From Obrimoposthia wandeli (Eukaryota): 64,000 bases of DNA. Positions 28,588 through 39,309 of this stretch are shown piece after piece. The stretch's first letter is position 1. Every line of letters starts with the position of its first letter. The stretch covers positions 62,001 through 126,000 of the forward strand of contig CDROCS010003914.1 of assembly GCA_977020255.1 (NCBI GenBank). The letters are read 5' to 3'. Below the pieces are notes generated by a model, which was not told where the DNA came from, searched no databases, and saw nothing but the letters and a program-made list of their open reading frames with translations. The translations under genes and the position numbers were made by a program.

Positions 28588-29883
28588 TTGAAACTGGTAA
28601 AAGTTGGAATATGTGGTTTAGGTACTGTCGGCAGCGGTACATTTAATGTTTTAACACGTAACGCGCAAGAAATTAGCCGTCGTGTAGGCTGCGATATCGT
28701 GGTTGAGCAAATTGGTGCTCGTCGCGATCATGCTAACTGTATTACCACTGGTACCAATATCACCCGTGATATTTTTGAAGTAGCGACTAATCCAGATATT
28801 GATATTGTTGTTGAATTGATAGGGGGTTATGACGTCGCCCTAAAATTAGTGCTTACAGCTATCGAAAATGGCAAGCATGTAGTTACTGCTAATAAAGCTT
28901 TAATAGCAGAGCATGGCAACGAAATTTTCGCTGCAGCCAAGAAACATAATGTCATTGTCGCTTTTGAATCTGCTGTAGCCGGTGGTATTCCTATCATTAA
29001 AGCGTTGCGCGAAGGGCTTGCTGCAAATAAAATCAATAGCATAGCGGGTATCATCAACGGAACAGGTAATTTCATACTCTCTGAAATGCAAGAGAAAAGC
29101 CGCGATTTTGCAGATGTGCTACAAGAAGCTCAAGCACTTGGCTATGCAGAAGCAGATCCTACTTTTGATGTGGAAGGTATTGATGCAGCCCATAAGTTAA
29201 CAATTTTAGCGTCTATTGCATACGGCGTGCCATTACAGTTTTCTAAGGCTTACACCGAAGGCATTAGCAAAATTACTGCAGAAGATGTGAAATTTGCAGA
29301 TGAGCTTGGTTATAGAATCAAACACTTAGGTATTACTCGACGTGTAGAGCAAGGCATAGAGCTTAGAGTTCATCCTACAATGATTCCAAAGCAAACATTG
29401 CTAGCCAGTGTTAATGGCGTGATGAACGCAGTTCTTGTTGATGCAGATGCTGTTGGCCAAACATTGCATTACGGTGCAGGAGCCGGCGATGAAGCGACAG
29501 GTTCAGCAGTTATTGCCGATATTATTGATATTGCTAGAAGCATGATAAGCGGCCAAACAAGCGCTATTGCACCATTAGGTTTTCAAAGTGATGAATTATC
29601 TGATGCACCTATTTTACCAATGGATCAAACAGAAACAGGTTATTACCTACATTTAAAAGCCGCTGAGAAACCTGGCGTGCTGGCAGAAGTGACCAAAATA
29701 TTAGGTGACTGCGGTATCAATATTGAAGCAATAGTGCAAAAAGAATCGGATGCTGATTATGTTCCGGTCATTCTATTGACTCAACGAGTAATCGAGCAAA
29801 AAATGAATACTGCAATCAAGGCGATTGAAGCACTTGATAGTACTTTAGGGTCAGTGACTCGAATTCGTGTAGAGCTTTTATAA
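28588..29883 (+). CDS. hom: Homoserine dehydrogenase (with ACT domain)
   Basis: GLGTVGSG, VVTANK, ESAVAGGIP, GYAEADP, PGVLA ACT motif; TTG start behind GAGGA (ATG at 28564 also possible). Confidence 0.96.
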   Translation: MKLVKVGICGLGTVGSGTFNVLTRNAQEISRRVGCDIVVEQIGARRDHANCITTGTNITRDIFEVATNPDIDIVVELIGGYDVALKLVLTAIENGKHVVTANKALIAEHGNEIFAAAKKHNVIVAFESAVAGGIPIIKALREGLAANKINSIAGIINGTGNFILSEMQEKSRDFADVLQEAQALGYAEADPTFDVEGIDAAHKLTILASIAYGVPLQFSKAYTEGISKITAEDVKFADELGYRIKHLGITRRVEQGIELRVHPTMIPKQTLLASVNGVMNAVLVDADAVGQTLHYGAGAGDEATGSAVIADIIDIARSMISGQTSAIAPLGFQSDELSDAPILPMDQTETGYYLHLKAAEKPGVLAEVTKILGDCGINIEAIVQKESDADYVPVILLTQRVIEQKMNTAIKAIEALDSTLGSVTRIRVELL

Positions 29884-29897
29884 GGTAGATTACGACA

Positions 29898-31286
29898 ATG
29901 AAATATATATCAACTCGTGGCAAAGCGGCTGAATTAAATTTTGAAGAAGTACTGCTTGAAGGCTTAGCCTCAGATGGCGGTCTTTATGTACCTAAAGAAT
30001 TACCTAAATACAGCAAAGAAGAAATAGCCTCATGGGCTGGTCTTAGCTATGCACAGTTAGCTTTTAAAATAATTGCCCCCTTTGTTGGCGGTTGCATTAA
30101 CGATGCTGACTTGCAGAAAATGATTGATGAAACTTATGCAGGTTTTGATCATAGCGCAGTCGCGCCACTGAAAGGCTTGGGCACTAATGAATGGGTTTTA
30201 GAGCTTTTTCATGGTCCGACGTTAGCGTTTAAAGATTTTGCATTACAGTTGCTTGGTCGTTTAATGGATTATGTGCTGCAAAAACGTGGCGAGAAGCTGG
30301 TTATTTTAGGTGCAACTTCTGGTGATACTGGCTCTGCGGCTATCGAAGGTTGCCGTCATAGTGAATGTATCGATATCTTCATTATGCATCCCCACAATAA
30401 AGTTTCTGAAGTACAGCGTCGTCAAATGACTTGTGTGTTTGCCGATAACGTTCATAACATTGCTATATCAGGCAATTTTGATGATTGTCAGGAAATGGTT
30501 AAAGCGAGTTTCGCTAATACAGATTTTCTTAAAGGGCGTAAATTAGGTGCAGTTAATTCGATTAACTGGGCGCGCATTATGTCGCAGATCGTTTATTACT
30601 TTAGTGCATCTATTGCGGTAGGTGGGCCACACAGAGAGGTTTCTTTCTCTGTTCCAACTGGAAACTTTGGTGATATTTTTGCAGGCTATATAGCCAAGCA
30701 AATGGGCTTGCCTATTAAGCAGCTAATCGTCGCAACTAACTGTAATGATATTCTGCATCGTGCCATCTCAAATAACGATATCTCTAAAAATTCACTTAAG
30801 CATACTTTATCGCCTTCTATGGATATTATGGTTTCGTCTAATTTTGAGCGGTTACTGTTTGATCTTTATGATCAAGATGGAGCGGCAATCGAAGATTTAC
30901 AAGCGCGTTTTAAAACGCAGTCAGTCGCGTTGGCACAGCCACAAGCGGATAAAATACAAAGTATTTTTGATAGCGCGTCAGTTTCTGATGCCCAAACGTG
31001 TGAAACGATTAGTGCAGTACACAAAGAAACGGGCTATTTATTAGATCCTCATACGGCTATAGCGGTGCATGCCGCGCGTGAATTAAACGCTGATGCAGCT
31101 GTGCCAATGATAGTGCTGTCAACGGCGCACCCTGTTAAATTCCCTGAAGCTTTAGTTCAAGCAGGCTTAGAATCACCTGAACTGCCAGAACACATATCAG
31201 ATCTGTTTGAACGTGAAGAAGCGTTTACAGTGTTAGATAATGATCTAAAAAGCGTACAGCAGTTTATGATGGAAAAACTTACTTAA
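29898..31286 (+). CDS. thrC: Threonine synthase
   Basis: MKYISTRG, FHGPTLAFKDFA (PLP Lys), ATSGDTG, NSINWAR, PTGNFG. Confidence 0.97.
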   Translation: MKYISTRGKAAELNFEEVLLEGLASDGGLYVPKELPKYSKEEIASWAGLSYAQLAFKIIAPFVGGCINDADLQKMIDETYAGFDHSAVAPLKGLGTNEWVLELFHGPTLAFKDFALQLLGRLMDYVLQKRGEKLVILGATSGDTGSAAIEGCRHSECIDIFIMHPHNKVSEVQRRQMTCVFADNVHNIAISGNFDDCQEMVKASFANTDFLKGRKLGAVNSINWARIMSQIVYYFSASIAVGGPHREVSFSVPTGNFGDIFAGYIAKQMGLPIKQLIVATNCNDILHRAISNNDISKNSLKHTLSPSMDIMVSSNFERLLFDLYDQDGAAIEDLQARFKTQSVALAQPQADKIQSIFDSASVSDAQTCETISAVHKETGYLLDPHTAIAVHAARELNADAAVPMIVLSTAHPVKFPEALVQAGLESPELPEHISDLFEREEAFTVLDNDLKSVQQFMMEKLT

Positions 31287-31314
31287 ACAAACTTTTAAGT
31301 AAAATCCGCCTGCC

Positions 31315-31339
31315 AAAAGGTCCGTTTAACGGGCCTTTT
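31315..31339 (+). terminator. Intrinsic terminator after thrC
   Basis: AAAAGGTCCG-tttaa-CGGGCCTTTT. Confidence 0.75.
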
Positions 31340-31435
31340 GTGTTTGTAGCATTCTAGAATTAAGTCATAGCTAAAATGGCATCGTACTATCGATAAATTA
31401 ACAGTAGCAAGTTATTGTAATCATTAAGGTTAATC

Positions 31436-32242
31436 ATGGATCTATTTTATTTATTTTCAAAGTTATTCTGGTTTATCGCAAGTCCCGATAACTTTTTAAT
31501 TATACTGGTTTTTATCTCAGCTTTATTAATAGCTAAAAAGTCAAAATGGGGTTTAAGGCTGTTAGTTAGTGCGCTTATCTGTTTTATTTTAATTCTGTTT
31601 TTTCCTGTTGCTGATATTCTATTACGGCCATTGGAAAAGCGTTTCCCAATAGCTACACCGCTTCCTGAAGACGTCGAAGGCATTATAGTGTTAGGTGGAG
31701 CTGAGCGAGGAGAGTTAGGTTTGTTGTGGAAATCTGCACAATTTAATGCTGCAGCCGAAAGAATGATGGCAATTCCAACGCTGGCTAGGCGTTACCCGCA
31801 GGCAAAAATTGTTTTCACTGGCGGCAGTGGCTCTTTATTGCATCCAGAGGCAGTGGCCGCGAGCGCTACTTATCAATGGTTTGAAGAGCAAGGCGTAACC
31901 GATAGAGTGCTATGGGAGAAAGAATCGAGAAATACCTTTGAAAACGCAACGCTGAGTGAAAAAATGTTGAAAGAAGTGCCTAAAGGTCGCTGGCTATTAG
32001 TGACCTCTGCTTTTCATATGCCAAGATCTATCGGTATCTTTAGATTGCGTGGTTGGGATGTGGTTGCTTATCCAGTGGATTATTATTCACTCACCGCTAA
32101 TGGCTTTCGGTTAGATCCTAAATATTGGATGCATATTAGGGATCTCAACATAGCGCTCAAAGAGTGGATAGGCTTGTTTGTGTATTATTATACTGGCAAA
32201 ACAGATGCGCTATTTCCAGCACCTAAAGAAGTTATTAAATAA
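31436..32242 (+). CDS. YdcF/ElyC (DUF218) family envelope protein
   Basis: Two N-terminal TMs, IIVLGG, FTGGSG, ESRNTFENA, LVTSAFHMPRS, KEWIG. Confidence 0.9.
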   Translation: MDLFYLFSKLFWFIASPDNFLIILVFISALLIAKKSKWGLRLLVSALICFILILFFPVADILLRPLEKRFPIATPLPEDVEGIIVLGGAERGELGLLWKSAQFNAAAERMMAIPTLARRYPQAKIVFTGGSGSLLHPEAVAASATYQWFEEQGVTDRVLWEKESRNTFENATLSEKMLKEVPKGRWLLVTSAFHMPRSIGIFRLRGWDVVAYPVDYYSLTANGFRLDPKYWMHIRDLNIALKEWIGLFVYYYTGKTDALFPAPKEVIK

Positions 32243-32438
32243 GACAGTATTGACTGTTATTTAAGCAGTTAGATTGATAGAAAAATAATGCTCTAATATG
32301 CGCTAAACTTTCTGATAATTAATTGGCTTTTAGGTAAAATAATCGGCTGTATAGAAAACACGGTTATTTGGCTGAAAAACGCCTTGAAACTGCTTTATTT
32401 TTATAGTCAGAAAATGCGTTGTAACTAAGGTTTTTCCA

Positions 32439-34184
32439 TTGAAAAAAGTAGCTATACTGCGGCGAGAAACACCAGATACCAGCGCCAATATTTTCTCTCA
32501 ACTCCCATTAGCACTAGCAAAAGTATATGCGGCACGCGGTATTAGCGATCAAGCGCAACTTGGCAGAGCATTAAAAGATTTGTTACCTGATTCTGGGTTA
32601 ATGGATATTGATATTGCCACTAACAGAGTTGCCGATGCGGTCACTAAAGGCGAAAAAGTCATTGTTATCGGTGATTTCGATTGCGATGGCGCTACCAGCA
32701 CAGCGGTACTGATTTTAGGTTTGCGCATGATGGGTATTGCTAGTGTCGATTATCTAGTACCTAATCGGTTTGAATTTGGCTACGGGCTTTCGCCAGAAAT
32801 TGTAGAAGTAGCCGCGCAAGATAACCCACAATTGATTATTACCGTTGATAACGGGGTTTCAAGTATAGAAGGGGTGAATACTGCAAATGCTTTAGGTATT
32901 GATGTTGTGGTAACAGACCATCATTTAGCGGGAGATGAGCTACCGAAAGCCCTGGCGATTGTTAATCCTAATCGTAAAGATTGTCAGTTCGCTGCAAAAT
33001 CGACTTGCGGCGTTGGTGTAGTCTTCTATTTACTCATCGCTTTGCGTCGTAAGTTACAAGCAATAGGCTGGTTTGAAAGCCAAGTGATTGCTCAGCCTAA
33101 CTTAGCTTCTTTGCTTGATTTAGTTGCCTTAGGAACGGTGGCTGATGTAGTACCTTTAGAGCACAATAACCGAACGTTAGTTTATCAAGGTTTACAGCGT
33201 ATACGTGCTGGTCGAACAAGGCCCGGATTGAAAGCTTTGCTAGAAGTCGCCAATCGGCCTTTAGAAAAGTTAGTAGCCAGTGATTTGGGGTTTGTAGTTG
33301 CACCTAGATTAAACGCTGCAGGGCGTTTAGATGATATGTCTATTGGTATCGAATGTTTGCTTTGTGAAGATGAAGAGCAAGCGCGTGAATATGCGATTAG
33401 GTTGGATGAGCTTAACCTTGAAAGGCGTGCGATAGAGCAAGGGATGCAAGTACAGGCCTTACAGTTTTTAGATAAATTGGATGCGCAAGTTGACGTTCAA
33501 AATAGACAGTTAGCAACCGGTTTGTGCCTTTATAATGAAAGCTGGCATCAAGGTGTCATCGGTATTTTAGCATCGCGTATCAAAGACAAATTACATAGGC
33601 CTGTTATTGCTTTCGCCCCAGGCGATAGCGGTGAAATAAAGGGCTCGGCCAGATCGATTAGTGGTTATCACTTACGCGACGGTCTAGCTTTAATTGCAAC
33701 AAGGCATCCAAACTTGATTAAAAAGTTTGGTGGACATGCAATGGCAGCAGGTTTAACCATTGATGCTGATCGATTGCAGGAATTTGAAGTTGCATTTAAT
33801 AAAGTTGTGAGCGAAGGGATCGCTGAAGATGATTTAAATGCAAAGCTGTTGACTGATGGAGCTTTAACCGCAGCGGACATGAACGTGCAGCTAGCTAATT
33901 TGTTACGTGAAGCGGGCCCATGGGGGCATCATTTTGGCGAACCTCTATTTGATAACGAATTTAAGATTATCCAGCAGCGAATAGTTGGCAAGAAACATTT
34001 GAAATTAGTGTTGATGGAGCCTGAAACAGGGTTAGCCGTTGATGCTATTTACTTTAATATTGATGAAAATATATGGCCCAATGAATCAATTGAGCATGTG
34101 CGGGTTGTCTATAAACTTGATGTAAATGAGTTTCGTGGCAAGCGCAGTCTGCAATTGATGGTTGAGCATATAGTGACTGATTAA
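32439..34184 (+). CDS. recJ: Single-stranded-DNA exonuclease RecJ
   Basis: GDFDCDG, TVDNG, TDHH, LGTVADVV, PRLNAAGR, GGHAMAAG; TTG start. Confidence 0.97.
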   Translation: MKKVAILRRETPDTSANIFSQLPLALAKVYAARGISDQAQLGRALKDLLPDSGLMDIDIATNRVADAVTKGEKVIVIGDFDCDGATSTAVLILGLRMMGIASVDYLVPNRFEFGYGLSPEIVEVAAQDNPQLIITVDNGVSSIEGVNTANALGIDVVVTDHHLAGDELPKALAIVNPNRKDCQFAAKSTCGVGVVFYLLIALRRKLQAIGWFESQVIAQPNLASLLDLVALGTVADVVPLEHNNRTLVYQGLQRIRAGRTRPGLKALLEVANRPLEKLVASDLGFVVAPRLNAAGRLDDMSIGIECLLCEDEEQAREYAIRLDELNLERRAIEQGMQVQALQFLDKLDAQVDVQNRQLATGLCLYNESWHQGVIGILASRIKDKLHRPVIAFAPGDSGEIKGSARSISGYHLRDGLALIATRHPNLIKKFGGHAMAAGLTIDADRLQEFEVAFNKVVSEGIAEDDLNAKLLTDGALTAADMNVQLANLLREAGPWGHHFGEPLFDNEFKIIQQRIVGKKHLKLVLMEPETGLAVDAIYFNIDENIWPNESIEHVRVVYKLDVNEFRGKRSLQLMVEHIVTD

Positions 34185-34199
34185 CCCAAAGGAAAAAAC

Positions 34200-34376
34200 A
34201 TGAACGATTTTACTTTAGATGAATTAAAAACCTTGGCTGATGTATTTAACAGAGCAGCTATTAACAGTAATGAATTATTAGCAAACGATCTACAAAAAAG
34301 AATTGCGAGTGCTTTGGAGCAACGCGAAGAATTAGAAAGTTTAGACTTTGAAGACTGCCTTAGCTGTAAGCTGTAA
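34200..34376 (+). CDS. Small acidic protein (58 aa) with C-terminal CxxC, below the ORF-track cutoff
   Basis: MNDFTLDELKTLADVFNRAAINSNELLANDLQKRIASALEQREELESLDFEDCLSCKL*; SD AAAGGA 7 nt upstream; fills the recJ-nudF gap. Confidence 0.8.
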   Translation: MNDFTLDELKTLADVFNRAAINSNELLANDLQKRIASALEQREELESLDFEDCLSCKL

Positions 34377-34418
34377 GGTATTAACTTAGTAACAGTTAAC
34401 AGCTAGGGACATTGATCT

Positions 34419-35030
34419 ATGACTCAAAAAACCGTGTGGAAACCTCAATATAACGCAGGCGATTTTAGCGTAGAAGATAACGTTTTACTTGCTGATAGCT
34501 TCTATCAATTTCGCCGTTTAGATGTAATACACAAAAGTTTTAGTGGCGAAACGGTAAAGATTCAGCGCGATTTGTTTTGTAGACCCAATGCCGTAGCTGT
34601 GTTGTTATATGATGCTAAACTAGATAAAGTTGTGCTAATTGAGCAATTTCGTATAGGCGCTTTAGATCATCCACACAGCCCGTGGTTACTTGAACTTATT
34701 GCTGGAATTATAGAGCCCGGTGAAAGTATCGAAGAAGTAGCCAGACGTGAAAGTTTGGAAGAGTCAGGGGTTGAAGTAAATACGTTACAACACATCTGTA
34801 AATTTACACCCAGCCCAGGTGGTGCTCAAGAATACATTGATTTATTTTGCGCGACCATTGATTCGACTCAAGCAGGTGGGATTCATGGCCTTGCAGTTGA
34901 AGGCGAAGATATTAAAGTACATGTGTTTAGTGCCGAGCTAGCATTTGATATGTTGCGTACTGGAGAGATAGATAATGCTCCAGCAATAATCGCCTTGCAG
35001 TGGTTGCAATTAAATAAACGAAACCTGTAA
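34419..35030 (+). CDS. nudF: ADP-ribose pyrophosphatase
   Basis: Nudix box AGIIEPGESIEEVARRESLEESG, EQFRIGA, EGEDIKV. Confidence 0.92.
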   Translation: MTQKTVWKPQYNAGDFSVEDNVLLADSFYQFRRLDVIHKSFSGETVKIQRDLFCRPNAVAVLLYDAKLDKVVLIEQFRIGALDHPHSPWLLELIAGIIEPGESIEEVARRESLEESGVEVNTLQHICKFTPSPGGAQEYIDLFCATIDSTQAGGIHGLAVEGEDIKVHVFSAELAFDMLRTGEIDNAPAIIALQWLQLNKRNL

Positions 35031-35125
35031 GTCTTAGCAAATACGTTAATAATATATAAAACGTAACCGTTTATAACTGAAACTTGTATTGCTAACTATT
35101 CATTTGCTGTAGAAAGATTAATAAT

Positions 35126-35605
35126 ATGAAGACTAAATACGTACCAGATTTAACCAAACAAATGGCGGTATGTGAAGCCAATTATGCAAGGTTAATCAAG
35201 CTTATGCCTGATATTGAACGCTGTCAGCAACGTGACTTTATAGTGGATATGGCACAGCAGCAATCGGTTGTAAGTATTTGCGTGCTAGAACGGTTTAAGT
35301 TCACTAGCACGCTGTCTATTAGTCAAACCTTGGCTAGCACTAGTATGGATACTCAAATACAGCAACTAATCTCTCCTAAGCTACAAGTGCGTTTATATCA
35401 TGACGCCAATATGGCAGAAGTGATAAATCTAGCGAACCACGGGCAGCTTAAAGGTAAGTATTTATATCCCAATAAAGATATGCATCAAGTTGATGAAAAA
35501 ATACAGCTTAATGAGCATTTAGCACAGTGGTTGAGTCATTGTTTAACGCATGGCTATCATACTCAAGAAATATTTATCCAAAGCCACATAAATCAAAATA
35601 CTTAG
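35126..35605 (+). CDS. yqiB: DUF1249 family protein YqiB
   Basis: CEANYARL, VRLYHDANMAEV, DEKIQLN..L..WL; nudF-yqiB-cpdA synteny. Confidence 0.88.
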   Translation: MKTKYVPDLTKQMAVCEANYARLIKLMPDIERCQQRDFIVDMAQQQSVVSICVLERFKFTSTLSISQTLASTSMDTQIQQLISPKLQVRLYHDANMAEVINLANHGQLKGKYLYPNKDMHQVDEKIQLNEHLAQWLSHCLTHGYHTQEIFIQSHINQNT

Positions 35606-35633
35606 CATGACGTATAAAAGATGATTACAGAGC

Positions 35634-36392
35634 ATGAGTAGCACATTAAATTTACTACAAATCACAGACTGTCATTTGCAACAGTGCCCAGATCAAGCTT
35701 ATAAAAACCACTATCCTGATCAACGTTTAGATGCTGTCATTGCCCATGTTCAAGCTACGCAACCACATTCGCAGCATTTGTTACTCAGTGGTGACATAGC
35801 TCATTACTCATCATCAGCCGTTTATCAGCGCATTTTAGATAAAACCCAAAACTTAGCTGAGCAAATACATTGGCTGCCGGGTAATCACGACGATGCTCAA
35901 GTGATGCATAAATTTGTGGATATGCAGGAAAAAGTCATCATAAATGGCGACTGGGCAATTGTATTACTTGATAGCACCGCTAATCCAGATGGGGTAGGTA
36001 GCGGCTCGCTAAGCGATGCTGAATTAAGTTTATTAACAAAGCTAGATAGCTTAGACGTATCTCATATCTTAATTGTATTACATCATCCTCCTATTAATGT
36101 AGGTAGTCTGTGGCAAGATGCCATCAAGCTTGCAAACAGTGATGAGTTTTGGCAAAGGATAAAAAAATTGGCTAAGGTGCGCGCCATTAGTTTTGGTCAT
36201 CTTCATCAAGAACATCATTTAACAGAATTTGGCATTGAGTTGTTTTGTACTCCAGCTACAGCGCCACAATTTAAAAAAGAGCAATTATCACCGGTATTAG
36301 AAAGCGATCCAATATTGGGTGCACCTGCTTATCGAACGCTACAGTTGCTTGCTGATGGCAGCATAAATTCAAAGGTTCATAGAGTGCTATAA
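35634..36392 (+). CDS. cpdA: 3',5'-cyclic-AMP phosphodiesterase
   Basis: TDCH, SGDI, PGNHD, LHHPP, GHLH metallophosphoesterase motifs; synteny. Confidence 0.85.
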   Translation: MSSTLNLLQITDCHLQQCPDQAYKNHYPDQRLDAVIAHVQATQPHSQHLLLSGDIAHYSSSAVYQRILDKTQNLAEQIHWLPGNHDDAQVMHKFVDMQEKVIINGDWAIVLLDSTANPDGVGSGSLSDAELSLLTKLDSLDVSHILIVLHHPPINVGSLWQDAIKLANSDEFWQRIKKLAKVRAISFGHLHQEHHLTEFGIELFCTPATAPQFKKEQLSPVLESDPILGAPAYRTLQLLADGSINSKVHRVL

Positions 36393-36551
36393 GTACATTG
36401 CCTTTACGTTGTGCACAGTTATGTTGTTGGATTGAGGTTAAATACAGTGGCTCTTTTAAAATCAAAAATTGGTAGCTAATGAGAACATTTACTTGCAACT
36501 CACGCTCGGCTTAGGTAACTTTCATATTAAAACACTGTAAGGATAAACAGT

Positions 36552-37145
36552 ATGTCACTTGCTGTGATTTATATTCACGGTTTTAATAGTTCACCGCTAT
36601 CAACCAAAGCTAAACAGCTACAAGCTTATTTTACTGAAAATCAGCTGTACTCTAAAAATTATCAATTACATATTCCTGCTTTAGATTTTCAACCTGCAGT
36701 GGCTATTGCTCAGTTGTCAGCGCTTATAGAAAAGTGTCTTGATCAACAGGTTTTATTGATTGGTAGTTCTTTAGGCGGGTATTACAGCCTTTGGTTAGCG
36801 CAACAGTACCAGCAATGCAGCGCTGTGCTTATTAACCCTGCGGTTTACCCCTATTTATTATTGGCGCAGTTGTTAGGTGAAAACCAAAACATTTATACTG
36901 GGGATAAATACCAATTAACTACAGAACACATACAGCAATTGAAAGCGATAGAAGTAACACAGCTAACAGATCTACATCGCTATTTACTGTTAAGTCAAAC
37001 AGCTGATGAAACGCTAGATTATAGAGAAGCGGTGCAAAAGTTGCAGGGTATAGAGCAACGAGTTAGTAAAGGTGGGAATCATAGTTTTGAAAACTTTCAA
37101 GCTAGTATCCCACAGATATTAGAGTTCGTGGCTGGGAGTGCGTAG
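36552..37145 (+). CDS. yqiA: Esterase YqiA
   Basis: IHGFNSSP, GSSLGG nucleophile elbow, LINPAV, DETLD, GGNHSF. Confidence 0.92.
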   Translation: MSLAVIYIHGFNSSPLSTKAKQLQAYFTENQLYSKNYQLHIPALDFQPAVAIAQLSALIEKCLDQQVLLIGSSLGGYYSLWLAQQYQQCSAVLINPAVYPYLLLAQLLGENQNIYTGDKYQLTTEHIQQLKAIEVTQLTDLHRYLLLSQTADETLDYREAVQKLQGIEQRVSKGGNHSFENFQASIPQILEFVAGSA

Positions 37146-37273
37146 CAGTATAATGCAACAAGATAAAATTAAGGATTCATCTTTTATAATCAACTAAAGA
37201 TGATAGAGCCCGCTAGTAATTTCATACAGCGATGTTTCCTTTAAATGGAAAATTTGATCAGGACCAAGAGTAA

Positions 37274-39166
37274 ATGAGCAGTCAATATCAGGCAGATTCG
37301 ATAGAAGTTCTTAGTGGTTTAGACCCTGTTAGACGTCGCCCTGGAATGTATACCGAAACAGATAAACCCAATCATTTAGCACAAGAAGTTATTGATAACT
37401 CTGTCGACGAAGCATTAGCAGGTCATGCTAATCAAATCGATGTGATATTACATAAAGATGGTTTCCTCTCAGTATCAGATAACGGGCGAGGTATGCCTGT
37501 TGATATCCACCCAGAAGAGGGAGTAAGCGGTGTTGAGCTGATTTTAACCAAGCTGCATGCGGGTGCCAAATTTAGTGATGAAAATTACAGTTTTTCTGGC
37601 GGATTGCATGGGGTGGGCGTTTCAGTGGTAAACGCGCTCTCAAAAAGCTTAGAAGTGCAAATAAAACGTGAAGCACAAATTTTTAGTATTGGTTTTGCCG
37701 ATGGTGAAAAAATATCTGAATTAGAAGTGATTGGCACTTGTGGTAAGCGAAACACCGGAACAATGGTGAAGTTTTTAGCGAATCCTAAGTATTTTGATAC
37801 CCCAAAATTTAATATACCTAAGCTAAAGCACAACTTGCGAGCTAAAGCAGTACTTTGCCCTGGCCTAAAAATCACTTTTAGCGATCTAAGTGATAAAAAG
37901 AGTGAAAAAGAGAGTTGGTACTACGAAGATGGTCTAAGCGCCTATTTAACAGGAATGACGCAACTTTACGAAACAATCCCATTACAGCCTTTTGTGGGTA
38001 GTCTGCATGGGCAAGATGATGCCGTAGATTGGGCAGTACAATGGCTACCTGAAGGTGGAGAGCTAACCTGCGAGAGTTTCGTTAACTTGATCCCTACGGC
38101 GGTTGGCGGAACACACGTAAATGGTTTTAGAACAGGTTTGCTAGAAGCAATGCGCGAATTTTGTGAATTCAGATCGCTATTACCACGAGGTGTAAAGTTA
38201 ACTGCTGAAGATATTTGGGAACGCTGTAGTTATATCCTATCTGCCAAAATGCGTGATCCTCAATTTGCAGGTCAAACCAAAGAGCGCTTATCTTCCAGAC
38301 ATATAGCAGCGTTTATTTCTGGCGCTATCAAAGATGCATTTTCACTATGGCTAAATAAGCACGTTGAAGATGGCGAGAAGCTAGCGGAAGCTGTAATTGC
38401 CAATGCGCAAAAACGCTTACGCTCTAGTAAAAAAGTGGTGCGTAAACGTATTACAACAGGACCTGCGCTACCTGGAAAACTGGCAGATTGTTCGGGTACT
38501 GAAACGATGCGTTCAGAGCTATTCTTAGTAGAGGGTGATTCAGCTGGTGGCTCTGCAAAACAAGCAAGAGACAGGCAGTTCCAAGCGATAATGGCGTTGC
38601 GTGGTAAGATACTAAATTCTTGGGAAGTAGACTCTTCACAAGTGCTTTCATCAAACGAAATTCATGATATATCAGTGGCAATAGGGATTGAACCTGGTAG
38701 CGACGATATAAGCGGTTTGCGTTACGGCAAAGTGTGTATCCTAGCGGATGCTGATTCCGATGGAGCGCATATCGCCACACTAATTTGTGCTCTATTTTTG
38801 CGCCATTTCAAACCTTTAGTAAGTGCAGGGCATGTGTTTGTTGCCATGCCGCCACTTTATCGTATTGATGCAGCTAAAGATGTTTACTATGCATTAGATG
38901 ATGCTGAGCGCGACGGTGTGATTGAGCGTATTAAAGCCGAGCGAAAAAATGCCAAAGTTAACGTGCAGCGATTCAAAGGACTGGGTGAAATGAACCCGAT
39001 GCAGCTGCGGGAAACAACCATGGATCCAGATACCCGACGCTTAGTGCAGTTAACGATAGAACCGGACGATGATAGCCACGAAATGATGGATATGTTGCTA
39101 GCAAAAAAACGCGCTGGAGATCGCAAAACTTGGTTAGAAAGTAAAGGCGATTTGGCTAAAGTTTAG
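37274..39166 (+). CDS. parE: DNA topoisomerase IV subunit B
   Basis: RRRPGMY, EVIDNSVDE, GLHGVGVSVVNALS, VEGDSAGGSAKQ, ADADSDG, RFKGLGEM. Confidence 0.98.
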   Translation: MSSQYQADSIEVLSGLDPVRRRPGMYTETDKPNHLAQEVIDNSVDEALAGHANQIDVILHKDGFLSVSDNGRGMPVDIHPEEGVSGVELILTKLHAGAKFSDENYSFSGGLHGVGVSVVNALSKSLEVQIKREAQIFSIGFADGEKISELEVIGTCGKRNTGTMVKFLANPKYFDTPKFNIPKLKHNLRAKAVLCPGLKITFSDLSDKKSEKESWYYEDGLSAYLTGMTQLYETIPLQPFVGSLHGQDDAVDWAVQWLPEGGELTCESFVNLIPTAVGGTHVNGFRTGLLEAMREFCEFRSLLPRGVKLTAEDIWERCSYILSAKMRDPQFAGQTKERLSSRHIAAFISGAIKDAFSLWLNKHVEDGEKLAEAVIANAQKRLRSSKKVVRKRITTGPALPGKLADCSGTETMRSELFLVEGDSAGGSAKQARDRQFQAIMALRGKILNSWEVDSSQVLSSNEIHDISVAIGIEPGSDDISGLRYGKVCILADADSDGAHIATLICALFLRHFKPLVSAGHVFVAMPPLYRIDAAKDVYYALDDAERDGVIERIKAERKNAKVNVQRFKGLGEMNPMQLRETTMDPDTRRLVQLTIEPDDDSHEMMDMLLAKKRAGDRKTWLESKGDLAKV

Positions 39167-39309
39167 GTGTAAATAGCTCATGATTTATATATGAGCGACT
39201 AGCATAAATTGCATTGAGAAACCATCGCATAGCATTTAAGTAATATGCGTTGTAGATACCAAACAGCTAGCGCAGAGCGTGTAGATTTTAAAAGGTGTAT
39301 TGATTAATT

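Noticed and set aside
32347-32362. LexA-box-like CTGTATAGAAAACACG upstream of recJ
   Set aside because: The right half-site lacks the invariant CAG, and recJ is not normally in the SOS regulon.
34185-34420. Absence of prfB-lysS after recJ
   Set aside because: That linkage is variable among Gammaproteobacteria, so a translocation is unremarkable.
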